Shown piece by piece: positions 1 to 6,832 of a stretch of DNA of 29,327 nt. Each line of letters opens with the position of its first letter. The first letter of the stretch is position 1. Origin of the DNA: a virus (lineage: Duplodnaviria > Caudoviricetes). The stretch is from IMG/VR virus record IMGVR_UViG_3300005805_000332, positions 1-29,327 of that record; one strand, 5' to 3'. The notes beneath the pieces are model-generated. The model ran no database searches, was not told the origin of the DNA, and saw nothing but the letters and a program-made list of their open reading frames with translations. The position numbers were made by a program, and so were the translations under genes.

Positions 1-42
1 TTACAAAATGAAGACAAAGTTAAAAAAGCCCTAGCAAGTTAA
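1..42 (+). CDS. 3' end of upstream gene (partial, ...LQNEDKVKKALAS*)
   Basis: Frame 1 open from the window edge to TAA at 40-42, directly followed by a terminator. Confidence 0.6.
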   Translation, partial: LQNEDKVKKALAS

Positions 43-53
43 CTTAATCTCAC

Positions 54-86
54 AAAGCCCTAGCGTAAAAACTAGGGCTTTTTTTT
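54..86 (+). terminator. Rho-independent terminator
   Basis: AAAGCCCTAG-cgtaaaaa-CTAGGGCTTT stem running into a T8 tract. Confidence 0.85.
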
Positions 87-97
87 CGCCCTGATTT

Positions 98-124
98 CAC
101 CAAGTTAACTCCGTTAACTTGGTG
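98..124. repeat. Perfect 12-bp inverted repeat
   Basis: CACCAAGTTAAC-tcc-GTTAACTTGGTG. Confidence 0.9.
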
Positions 125-153
125 TGACCGTAGTTATGACCGTTATAAAAGAG

Positions 154-180
154 TAAGCCTAAGCCTAAGCCAACGCCTAA
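154..180. repeat. Short tandem repeat (TAAGCC)x3 plus degenerate copy
   Basis: TAAGCC TAAGCC TAAGCC AACGCC TAA. Confidence 0.85.
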
Positions 181-257
181 AAAACATTGTCCACTTCTTG
201 ACTGCATTGGAACGTAAAAGCATTGTATTGGAACACGACCACGTTCTTTTATTTAAT

Positions 258-651
258 AATCAATGACTTACGTTTTTGTGCAATGTTCTTTTATAATAAA
301 ATCAATGACTTAGCGAATTGATTAAAAAATAGCAAGTTATTGTTTTTATTAATTATTTTGTATTGGAACATTGGAACGTTAAAAAATGAAAATTGTTTCG
401 CCAGAAAAATTTATTTAACTTTGTGGATTGCAATTTTATTTTTTATGCTCTCTTTTCTCCCAGCCACGCAAATGTCAAAAACCACGTTCCAATGTTCTTT
501 TATAATAAAATCAATGACTTATCGTGTTCCAATACAGTCCACTTCTTGACAAGTCACGTTCTTTTACTTATAAATCAATGACTTATCGCGTTCCAATATC
601 CCAAAAACACGTAGCCACAAAGTTAACAAAGTTAATAAAATCAATGAGTTA
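258..651 (+). promoter_or_regulatory. Five IHF-consensus sites (WATCAANNNNTTR) at 258, 300, 509, 573, 639
   Basis: AATCAATGACTTA x4 and AATCAATGAGTTA x1, each preceded by an A/T tract; exact matches to the E. coli IHF consensus. Confidence 0.7.
546..574 (+). promoter_or_regulatory. Possible sigma70 promoter inside the origin-like region
   Basis: TTGACA (546-551), 17 bp, TATAAA (569-574); overlaps IHF box at 573. Confidence 0.4.
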
Positions 652-796
652 GTATTGGAACGTAAAACGGCAAAAAGTAATACACAGTCAACCCAATCTC
701 ACTCTTCAAAACTCAATCCCCCAAAACCCATAAAACAAACACCTATAAACTTATTTATACGTGATGAAATAAAGACCTAAAAACCTGACTAAAAAC

Positions 797-824
797 TTGA
801 CAATGTCTACCATTATGGTATAAT
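797..824 (+). promoter_or_regulatory. Strong sigma70 early promoter P1
   Basis: TTGACA-16bp-TATAAT with extended -10 TG and A-rich UP-like region; paralogous to promoter at 5041. Confidence 0.85.
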
Positions 825-878
825 TATAGAATGAAAGAGCGACTTAATTGCCTTTCATGTTTTTGCACATTTAACCCC

Positions 879-908
879 GAACAAATCAAACAAGTGTTGA
901 CTTTGTTC
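879..908. repeat. 30-bp palindromic element, copy 1
   Basis: GAACAAATCAAACA-AG-TGTTGACTTTGTTC just upstream of RBS AAGGAGAGAG. Confidence 0.85.
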
Positions 909-925
909 ACTTTGTTAAGGAGAGA

Positions 926-1261
926 GTGATGAGTTATATAAACAAAGAAACAGGTGAAGAGATTTTAATAGTGCCTAACTTACATGTCACCTTCGGTGAT
1001 GAAGACTTCCATGACGATGGTAAATTTACCTATGTTATGAGTTGGGCATTAGAAGGTATTGACGATGACAATGACTTGTATGAAGAATTAAGCAAACAGT
1101 TTGAAGAGTATCAAAATATGTCATTGAAAGATAAAGCCACCATAACCCACCAAGAATTAGTAAGACTGCTAGATGAAAGTAATATGCGTATGTGTGATTG
1201 GGACTATACCGAAACATATGACATATATGTTAAACGCAACGATAAATGGGAGGAAAAATAA
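926..1261 (+). CDS. Hypothetical acidic early protein
   Basis: ORF with strong RBS at 917; start GTG 926 or ATG 929. Confidence 0.8.
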   Translation: MMSYINKETGEEILIVPNLHVTFGDEDFHDDGKFTYVMSWALEGIDDDNDLYEELSKQFEEYQNMSLKDKATITHQELVRLLDESNMRMCDWDYTETYDIYVKRNDKWEEK

Positions 1262-1587
1262 TGAATGTTTTAAATGCTAGTAACACCCTACGCTTTAAAT
1301 TTAGATACGAAGACTTTGTTGACTATGTATTCTTTTTCTATCGTGACTTTCCACAATATTGCAGTCAAGGTAAATCATATAAGTTATGGGAAGTAGAACG
1401 AGCAGTCAAGAGATACTATAAAAACATACATGACTATGACAGCATCGACCGAGAAAATGTCAAGGCAGTCATTGAAGCGTATCGCAAACAAAAGCCCGAA
1501 CAAATCAAACATCCGTTGGAAATGTTCAGAGCAATATATCAATCAATCAACCACGAAGTATCACTCAGAAAGGAACAAGCATGGTAG
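1261..1587 (+). CDS. Hypothetical protein
   Basis: RBS GGGAGG 1247-52; ATG at 1261 overlapping previous stop is preferred to 1246. Confidence 0.75.
   Translation: MNVLNASNTLRFKFRYEDFVDYVFFFYRDFPQYCSQGKSYKLWEVERAVKRYYKNIHDYDSIDRENVKAVIEAYRKQKPEQIKHPLEMFRAIYQSINHEVSLRKEQAW
1498..1527. repeat. 30-bp palindromic element, copy 2 (inside coding sequence)
   Basis: GAACAAATCAAACA-TC-CGTTGGAAATGTTC. Confidence 0.8.
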
Positions 1588-1757
1588 CGTATGTATTAAT
1601 TGGTTTTGTCTGTGGGTTTTTATGCCGTCAGGTTATTTGGATGGAACAAAAACGCCAATCAAGAATTAGATATGAAAAAGAAATGCAAGATTTAAAATTG
1701 CATATGGATAAGATTAAAAAACAAATCAAACAATCAATGAAGGAGTTAAACAAATGA
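1581..1757 (+). CDS. Small membrane-anchored protein (58 aa, not in ORF track)
   Basis: MVAYVLIGFVCGFLCRQVIW... hydrophobic N-terminus then charged coiled-coil; RBS AAGGA; overlaps both neighbours. Confidence 0.7.
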   Translation: MVAYVLIGFVCGFLCRQVIWMEQKRQSRIRYEKEMQDLKLHMDKIKKQIKQSMKELNK

Positions 1758-1888
1758 AATACGATAGAGAAATATACATGAGTGAGTATGTAACCATTCC
1801 GAAGTCACGCTATCGCAGACTGATAGTTAGTGAAGTAGTATCTTGGGGTATCTCTGTGTTTCTACTCATTGTCATGGTGTTGAGATGA
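1754..1888 (+). CDS. Small protein with C-terminal TM helix (44 aa, not in ORF track)
   Basis: RBS AAGGAG; MKYDREIY...VVSWGISVFLLIVMVLR; ATGA overlaps at both ends. Confidence 0.7.
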   Translation: MKYDREIYMSEYVTIPKSRYRRLIVSEVVSWGISVFLLIVMVLR

Positions 1889-2196
1889 ACATAGACCAAA
1901 TAAAAGAAATGGTAAGAACGCAAACCAAGAACTATCGTGTTACCGATATACTTGACACGTTTGACGATAGCGAATGGGTAAGACTCTACGAGCAAATCAA
2001 TCAATATAAACCATATGAAACAGAACGCCGACTCATTGATTGGGCAAGACACGAGTTGGACTTTTTTAGATATGTGTTGTATACTGAAAGACACTATGAA
2101 GATTTACTCATAGACAAAGCGTGTATTGAGTGTTTGCGTTATGAAGACCAATGCTTAAACGAAAGAAGATATTATGTCAGACACCCACGAAGTTAA
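1885..2196 (+). CDS. Hypothetical protein
   Basis: ATGA coupling gives start 1885 (MNIDQIKEMV) rather than 1843. Confidence 0.7.
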   Translation: MNIDQIKEMVRTQTKNYRVTDILDTFDDSEWVRLYEQINQYKPYETERRLIDWARHELDFFRYVLYTERHYEDLLIDKACIECLRYEDQCLNERRYYVRHPRS

Positions 2197-2443
2197 CGAA
2201 ATAGGTAGGTGGTATGACATGCCAATCTTTAGGACTCGCATGAATGAGTATATGACTAAGTGGTTATTGACCAATGAGTATGATGTTGATAACTCTGAGT
2301 ATGATGAGCATATATACTTTAACTATGCTTGCAACAAACACTATATAAACATCAAGGAAAAGAATGTATATATTTCTTTGTGGCATATAGAAATAGCACC
2401 AAACGGCAGGGAATTTTTAAACAAAGGAGAAACAAATGAGTAA
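2174..2443 (+). CDS. Hypothetical protein, possible winged-helix; similar to 4611..4841
   Basis: C-terminal IAPNGREFL resembles the wHTH wing exit. Confidence 0.65.
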   Translation: MSDTHEVNEIGRWYDMPIFRTRMNEYMTKWLLTNEYDVDNSEYDEHIYFNYACNKHYINIKEKNVYISLWHIEIAPNGREFLNKGETNE

Positions 2444-2687
2444 AGAAGTATCAGATAAGATTTACGACATGAAAACAGAAGGTGCGAACTTAAGAATTAA
2501 AATGCCTGACTATTTACGTGAGCAATACAAGACGTATGGTAGTGGGTTAGCACCTGATAGCTTTTCCAAAAGCAAAGACAAGATGAAGTATATAAAAAAT
2601 CTAGCTGAGTTTACAGGCACAATGAAAAAGAAATACCCTGAATACTTTAGAAAAGTTGTATCAGAAAGAGGTGTAGTTATATATTAA
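2436..2687 (+). CDS. Hypothetical protein
   Basis: RBS AAGGAG, overlaps previous gene. Confidence 0.75.
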   Translation: MSKEVSDKIYDMKTEGANLRIKMPDYLREQYKTYGSGLAPDSFSKSKDKMKYIKNLAEFTGTMKKKYPEYFRKVVSERGVVIY

Positions 2688-2701
2688 CAAAGGAGAGAAC
2701 T

Positions 2702-2938
2702 ATGAGTTATAACCCTAAGCCAACACTTAAAGCTGACTTCAATGCAGGTGAAGGTGATGTAGGAAACCTAGAAAACTTTAGGGCATACCATGATGGGCTT
2801 ATGCGTATGGACTTGCTTAAAGATTGGATAGGCATATTAGAACATGAATATAGATTGGCTCGTGTAGACAATAGACGAGAGATGAGAAAAAGAGTAAAAC
2901 AAATCCGTGAACAAATGAAAGGATATAATGATGGGTAA
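2702..2938 (+). CDS. Hypothetical protein
   Basis: RBS AAGGAGAG. Confidence 0.75.
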   Translation: MSYNPKPTLKADFNAGEGDVGNLENFRAYHDGLMRMDLLKDWIGILEHEYRLARVDNRREMRKRVKQIREQMKGYNDG

Positions 2939-3173
2939 AGTAACGATCGTCATGTCAATACCTGACAATACAATCGCAAGATTTTTGTTTGATGACTATG
3001 TAAATGCTTGTGCTGACGCTGATTTGATGGTAAGGTATGAGCCGTATACTAAAGATATGTATGCAGAACTCAATGCCAAAGCATTAGACATTGAGAAACA
3101 AGATGCGTTAGCATCGCTTGAAGAAGAAATCTTAAACAATATATCATGCGTTGGTGGTAATTGCGAAGACTAA
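2928..3173 (+). CDS. Hypothetical protein
   Basis: RBS AAGGA, coupled to previous gene. Confidence 0.7.
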   Translation: MMGKVTIVMSIPDNTIARFLFDDYVNACADADLMVRYEPYTKDMYAELNAKALDIEKQDALASLEEEILNNISCVGGNCED

Positions 3174-3190
3174 TCACAAAGGAGAAATCT

Positions 3191-3232
3191 ATGACACAAA
3201 CATTCAATACCTTTTTTTCAAAGGCACACTAG
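3191..3232 (+). other. 13-codon mini-ORF with strong RBS (MTQTFNTFFSKAH)
   Basis: AAAGGAGAAATCT-ATG; TAG stop is the first codon of hairpin TAGTCTA-CTTC-TAGACTA (3230-3247). Confidence 0.4.
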
Positions 3233-3285
3233 TCTACTTCTAGACTAAACTTAAACTCGTATAAACATATTTAAAGGAGGTCAGT

Positions 3286-3672
3286 ATGATTGACCAAGCT
3301 TTACTTTGTCTCGCCACGACCATATACATGGAGTCAGCAACAGAACCTCGTGAAGGTCAAATTGCTGTCGGCTATGTGTTGATGAGGCGAGCCGAATTTA
3401 ATCATAAAAATGTGTGTAATGAAATGAAACGACCATATCAATTTAGTTGGTATGGGTTAGTGCAACCACCTTCGGTGATACGACAATACTATTTTGATTT
3501 GGCGTATAGAGTATTACATAGGTTGGAGGTTGATTATAGTTATGGTGCAACAAATTTCCATGACACCACCATAAGTAAACCGAAGTCATGGCATAGATTA
3601 GAACCAGTAGTTAAATGGTCTAATCTTATTTTTTATAAACAAAAAGGAGAGAAGTATGCAAGTGCAGATTAA
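3286..3672 (+). CDS. Cell wall hydrolase, SleB/Hydrolase_2 family
   Basis: CLATTIYMES..E..EGQIAVGYV..R, YQFSW, GATNFH and terminal IFY motifs typical of the family. Confidence 0.85.
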   Translation: MIDQALLCLATTIYMESATEPREGQIAVGYVLMRRAEFNHKNVCNEMKRPYQFSWYGLVQPPSVIRQYYFDLAYRVLHRLEVDYSYGATNFHDTTISKPKSWHRLEPVVKWSNLIFYKQKGEKYASAD

Positions 3673-3904
3673 ATTAACAGATGAACAAGTAGACGACATA
3701 TTAGTAGTAGGATTAAAGAGTGGGTTTGAAGTTAATAAAACTTTTCCTGATGAACCTAACTTTTATGAGATTGACCAAGCGTTTAAAACATTACTCGCTT
3801 ATTACATGGGAGATGCTAACTATGCTAAATACGCACATGACAGGGCTAAAACTAATAAGACTAATAATGCCAAGCGTCTTGCTGATGCTTATAATGGTTT
3901 GTAG
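3656..3904 (+). CDS. Hypothetical protein
   Basis: RBS AAGGAGAG. Confidence 0.75.
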   Translation: MQVQIKLTDEQVDDILVVGLKSGFEVNKTFPDEPNFYEIDQAFKTLLAYYMGDANYAKYAHDRAKTNKTNNAKRLADAYNGL

Positions 3905-4082
3905 TGGTTGTGCGTCTTTTGCTACAAGCGTAGCTACAAGTGTAGCAACACAAGCAAGCGTGCAAGTAGTAGGTGAACAATATTTAATAGCACAAAACAA
4001 ACCTATCATACGATGTAACTTTTATAATGTAATGATGGGGAATAAAATGTGTAGAGTTTATAGACAATATAGGAGAGTGTGA
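3822..4082 (+). CDS. Putative lipoprotein (start 3822, 3837 or 3867)
   Basis: Basic n-region KLIR, hydrophobic stretch, lipobox-like CSG-C, ATSV repeats; RBS GGGAG at 3808. Confidence 0.65.
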   Translation: MLNTHMTGLKLIRLIMPSVLLMLIMVCSGCASFATSVATSVATQASVQVVGEQYLIAQNKPIIRCNFYNVMMGNKMCRVYRQYRRV

Positions 4083-4270
4083 TGTCAATACCTTTTACTT
4101 ATGCAGTCGTTGATGATGACGGCGAAGTCTTGCGTCAGTATAGATGGACACCGAAAGAAGCAAAGTGGCACAAAGAACAAGGTAAGAATGTCATCAAGTT
4201 AGAAGTAGTTAAAGAAGTTAAAGAAGTTAAAGAAGATTTATATGAATTAGTAGGAGAGTGTTTGTTTTAA
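4079..4270 (+). CDS. Hypothetical protein
   Basis: RBS AGGAGAG; contains (GTTAAAGAA)x3 at 4208-4234. Confidence 0.75.
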   Translation: MMSIPFTYAVVDDDGEVLRQYRWTPKEAKWHKEQGKNVIKLEVVKEVKEVKEDLYELVGECLF

Positions 4271-4458
4271 TGTATACAAAGTTAGATGACAGGAAACTAT
4301 CCCACAAAGTTAACGAGATACTACAAGCACAACCTAGTATCACACAGAAAGAACTTTGTAATAAACTAATAACGAATTGGCATAGGTTAAAATACCTAGA
4401 GCAACAGGGATACTTTATACTAAAAAGGAGAATTGCAAATGACGCAAAAAGTATTTAA
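4270..4458 (+). CDS. Small winged helix-turn-helix-like protein
   Basis: ILQAQPSITQKELCNKL...RLKYLEQQGY resembles AsnC/MarR-type wHTH; TAATG coupling gives start 4270. Confidence 0.6.
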   Translation: MYTKLDDRKLSHKVNEILQAQPSITQKELCNKLITNWHRLKYLEQQGYFILKRRIANDAKSI

Positions 4459-4627
4459 TGCGTTTGCGAATAACGCAAATTGGGAAACGATCGAAAAGAA
4501 TAAATTCTTTACAGGAAATTATTTTCAGTTTGCAACACCACGCACAGAGTTAGAGGCTAGGCGTTATGCCATAACACGCACGTGGAATATAAATACAAGA
4601 GAGTATATACATGACCCCCAAAGTTAA
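4439..4627 (+). CDS. Hypothetical protein
   Basis: RBS AAGGAG 4425-30, ATG 4439. Confidence 0.7.
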   Translation: MTQKVFNAFANNANWETIEKNKFFTGNYFQFATPRTELEARRYAITRTWNINTREYIHDPQS

Positions 4628-4841
4628 CATAGTTAAATCATTTCTGTTAAGGTGGATAATAATACATGGTGATAATTGGGTGTTTCATTCAGATGCCTAT
4701 GAAGATGATTTCGTAGCCTTTGATATAGCTAGGGGTAAAAAGTATATAGAGGAAGAAGACCAGTTTCCTACCGACAAGTATAGATGGGGTAGTTATTACA
4801 GATTAACAAAGAAAGGAAGAAAGTATGCGACAATGCCTTGA
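4611..4841 (+). CDS. Hypothetical protein, possible winged-helix
   Basis: C-terminal YRLTKKGRKY typical of wHTH wings. Confidence 0.65.
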   Translation: MTPKVNIVKSFLLRWIIIHGDNWVFHSDAYEDDFVAFDIARGKKYIEEEDQFPTDKYRWGSYYRLTKKGRKYATMP

Positions 4842-5022
4842 ATGTGGTGGTGATGTAGCTGACGCTAGGTATGCGTTGGGTTATAAGACATGCTTAACAT
4901 GTGGTGAGCGACATGCAGTCAATTATAAACACACCATTGTGCCTATGCCAAAGAGTAATTACATTGTTGTAACCGATTTAGAATTGCTCAAAGGGCTAAA
5001 TAGTTCGCACAAAAGCAAGTAA
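4825..5022 (+). CDS. DksA/TraR-type C4 zinc-finger protein (finger only)
   Basis: CLECGGDVADARYALGYKTCLTC matches the DksA C4 pattern CxxCG..(I/V)...R...CxxC. Confidence 0.7.
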   Translation: MRQCLECGGDVADARYALGYKTCLTCGERHAVNYKHTIVPMPKSNYIVVTDLELLKGLNSSHKSK

Positions 5023-5040
5023 AAAATTTTACCATAAAAC

Positions 5041-5068
5041 TTGACAAAGTCAACCATTGTGGTATAAT
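5041..5068 (+). promoter_or_regulatory. Strong sigma70 early promoter P2
   Basis: TTGACA-16bp-TATAAT, extended -10 TG; near copy of P1. Confidence 0.85.
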
Positions 5069-5122
5069 ATTAGAATGTAAAAAGGTTTTAGTAAGGGTAG
5101 TAAGTGTAGTTGTTTTTTAACC

Positions 5123-5152
5123 GAACATTTCAAACATCTGTTTGATTTGTTC
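5123..5152. repeat. 30-bp palindromic element, copy 3 (inverted relative to copies 4 and 5)
   Basis: GAACATTTCAAACA-TC-TGTTTGATTTGTTC; reverse complement is GAACAAATCAAACA-GA-TGTTTGAAATGTTC. Confidence 0.9.
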
Positions 5153-5176
5153 ATTTTTATTTAAGGAGAGAGCATC

Positions 5177-5608
5177 GTGAATGTATTCCCGAGTAAGCAA
5201 GAAAAAGAAACACTCTTAACGCAGTTAAATCTGCTAGGTGCAAAGAGAGTGTATGTAGAGTTTAGAGGTGGTGGTGATGACGGACAAGTTGAAGGCGTTT
5301 ATTACCGAGATAAACATGACGAGATGCATGACATACCTACGGATATGATTGCATGGACAAAGATGACTTACGGTCATCAAGAAAAAATAACAGAAAATAC
5401 AACGCTTGTTGATGTGTTGGAAGACTTGTGCTACCGAGCATTAGACCAAACAGGGTTGGATTGGTATAACAACGAAGGTGGTCAAGGTCAACTGACAATA
5501 GATTTTACAGAAAACCCCCCAAACATTTACTTAAATGTTGGTGTGAACACCATGACCACAGAAGACCATGACTTTGATTTAAATGATGAAGATGTGGAGG
5601 AAGAATAA
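5177..5608 (+). CDS. DUF6878-like protein
   Basis: VEFRGGGDDGQVE and WYNNEGGQG motifs recalled from this family; GTG start with RBS. Confidence 0.65.
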   Translation: MNVFPSKQEKETLLTQLNLLGAKRVYVEFRGGGDDGQVEGVYYRDKHDEMHDIPTDMIAWTKMTYGHQEKITENTTLVDVLEDLCYRALDQTGLDWYNNEGGQGQLTIDFTENPPNIYLNVGVNTMTTEDHDFDLNDEDVEEE

Positions 5609-5949
5609 TGAATACTCATTACCATTCTAAAACATCTGTAAAGAAGTGGGGAGGTGTTGAAGCTGACTACCAACCTATACATGATTGGTTTGATGCAACC
5701 AAAGAATGTTTTGCTGATGCAAGACACAGGGCAATCAGACATCACTCACAAGGTATCTTTGAATGTGAAAGACAATTTGGGTTATTCATTGTGAATAGTG
5801 ATGGGCGTGAAGTGCCTGTAAGACTTATCGGTGAACAACATGTTAAAGAAGATTGTGGTGGGTGGATACCTAGCCTACAAGATTGGTTAGAAAACATGAA
5901 GTTCGTTAGTTGGATGAACAGAGGTTATGACTTAAAGGAGGGAGAATAA
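5608..5949 (+). CDS. DUF6915-like His-rich protein
   Basis: HS..S..KWGG, IHDWFD, RHRAIRHH..GIF, IGEQHVKED, IPS..DW motifs recalled from this family. Confidence 0.7.
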   Translation: MNTHYHSKTSVKKWGGVEADYQPIHDWFDATKECFADARHRAIRHHSQGIFECERQFGLFIVNSDGREVPVRLIGEQHVKEDCGGWIPSLQDWLENMKFVSWMNRGYDLKEGE

Positions 5950-5950
5950 C

Positions 5951-6778
5951 ATGGGCTTTCATATCAATGTATATAACATGCCTCGTATTGAAACGTATGA
6001 AAATGCAAAAGAAATATTTGCAAGTAGAACTGCTGTGCGTGGTGAGAACCAATCGGTGCGTAGATTGGGTGATAGATACGAAAAAGAGAAATGGTTACGT
6101 CAAGAGATACAAGATGGTGTTGAAGTTTATATCGCAGGATATTATGACACACCATTGGTAGCCTTTTATCCAACACACAAAGAGATAACGCTAGGTGGTT
6201 ATCCATCAACAAGCACACAGTATTTTGTTGGATATATTAGTGGTAATAGATTGTATGAGTTTGAACATAAGAAGTATGTCCCTGCACCATTTACTAGAAG
6301 TCCAATGGTCAAGAACAATCAGATTGAATGTGAAGTATGGTTAAGCCATGCTAACTATTACATGAACGCTAATAAGTGGTATTCAATAAGTTATAAAAAC
6401 GAAGCATTGTATCCTGAACAGTTTGAAAAAGCTGTGAAGTATAGGTTTGATGCAAGTCAGATGCGTGAATTGCGTAAGCCATATAGAAAGTTTTTAAAGT
6501 ATGCAGACACCATGCTAAAACTTAATAGTGAAGGTTTAGAAAATGACCCGAAGTTAAGTGAGCAAATTTATCATGGAACGGGGTATGAACATATCCTTGC
6601 TATGCTCGCTGATGAAGATAAAACTTATCTATCATACTACTACATGATAAGACAATGCCAACATAACAGATGGAATGGCACTAAATATGATTACTATTGC
6701 AACATAGGTATGATTAAAAGATATTTAGATAAGATGATTAAGATAGAAAACCCACAAGTTTTATTAGAAGTAAATTAA
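5951..6778 (+). CDS. Hypothetical protein (275 aa)
   Basis: Long ORF, RBS GGAGGGAG. Confidence 0.85.
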   Translation: MGFHINVYNMPRIETYENAKEIFASRTAVRGENQSVRRLGDRYEKEKWLRQEIQDGVEVYIAGYYDTPLVAFYPTHKEITLGGYPSTSTQYFVGYISGNRLYEFEHKKYVPAPFTRSPMVKNNQIECEVWLSHANYYMNANKWYSISYKNEALYPEQFEKAVKYRFDASQMRELRKPYRKFLKYADTMLKLNSEGLENDPKLSEQIYHGTGYEHILAMLADEDKTYLSYYYMIRQCQHNRWNGTKYDYYCNIGMIKRYLDKMIKIENPQVLLEVN

Positions 6779-6780
6779 CC

Positions 6781-6828
6781 CGAACAAATCAAACATTTGT
6801 TTGAAATGTTCATAACATAAGGAGAGAG
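6781..6828 (+). repeat. 48-bp direct repeat containing palindrome copy 4 (6782-6811) and RBS
   Basis: 47/48 identical to 9046-9093. Confidence 0.95.
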
Positions 6829-6832
6829 CAAC

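Larger units (their letters stand above)
189..667. other. Putative replication origin / nucleoprotein assembly site (iteron-like repeats + IHF boxes)
   Basis: Non-coding. ATTGGAAC/GTTCCAAT repeated in both orientations; 32-bp identical direct repeat 281-312 = 490-521; GTCCACTTCTTGAC at 189 and 537; AT-rich core 380-483 flanked by a 14-bp inverted repeat (366-379 / 484-497). Function is inferred. Confidence 0.6.

Noticed and set aside
340-581. ORFs 340..549 and 393..581
   Set aside because: Lie within the repeat/IHF array, lack RBS, and have low-complexity products; likely spurious
1720-1732. AACAAATCAAACA half-site of the palindrome
   Set aside because: No matching right arm; A-rich and explained by Lys-Gln-Ile-Lys-Gln codons
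3656-4082. Overlapping i-spanin/o-spanin pair
   Set aside because: 3656..3904 lacks the N-terminal TM helix required of an i-spanin
4208-4234. (GTTAAAGAA)x3 in-frame repeat
   Set aside because: Simple slippage in a linker; no further structure
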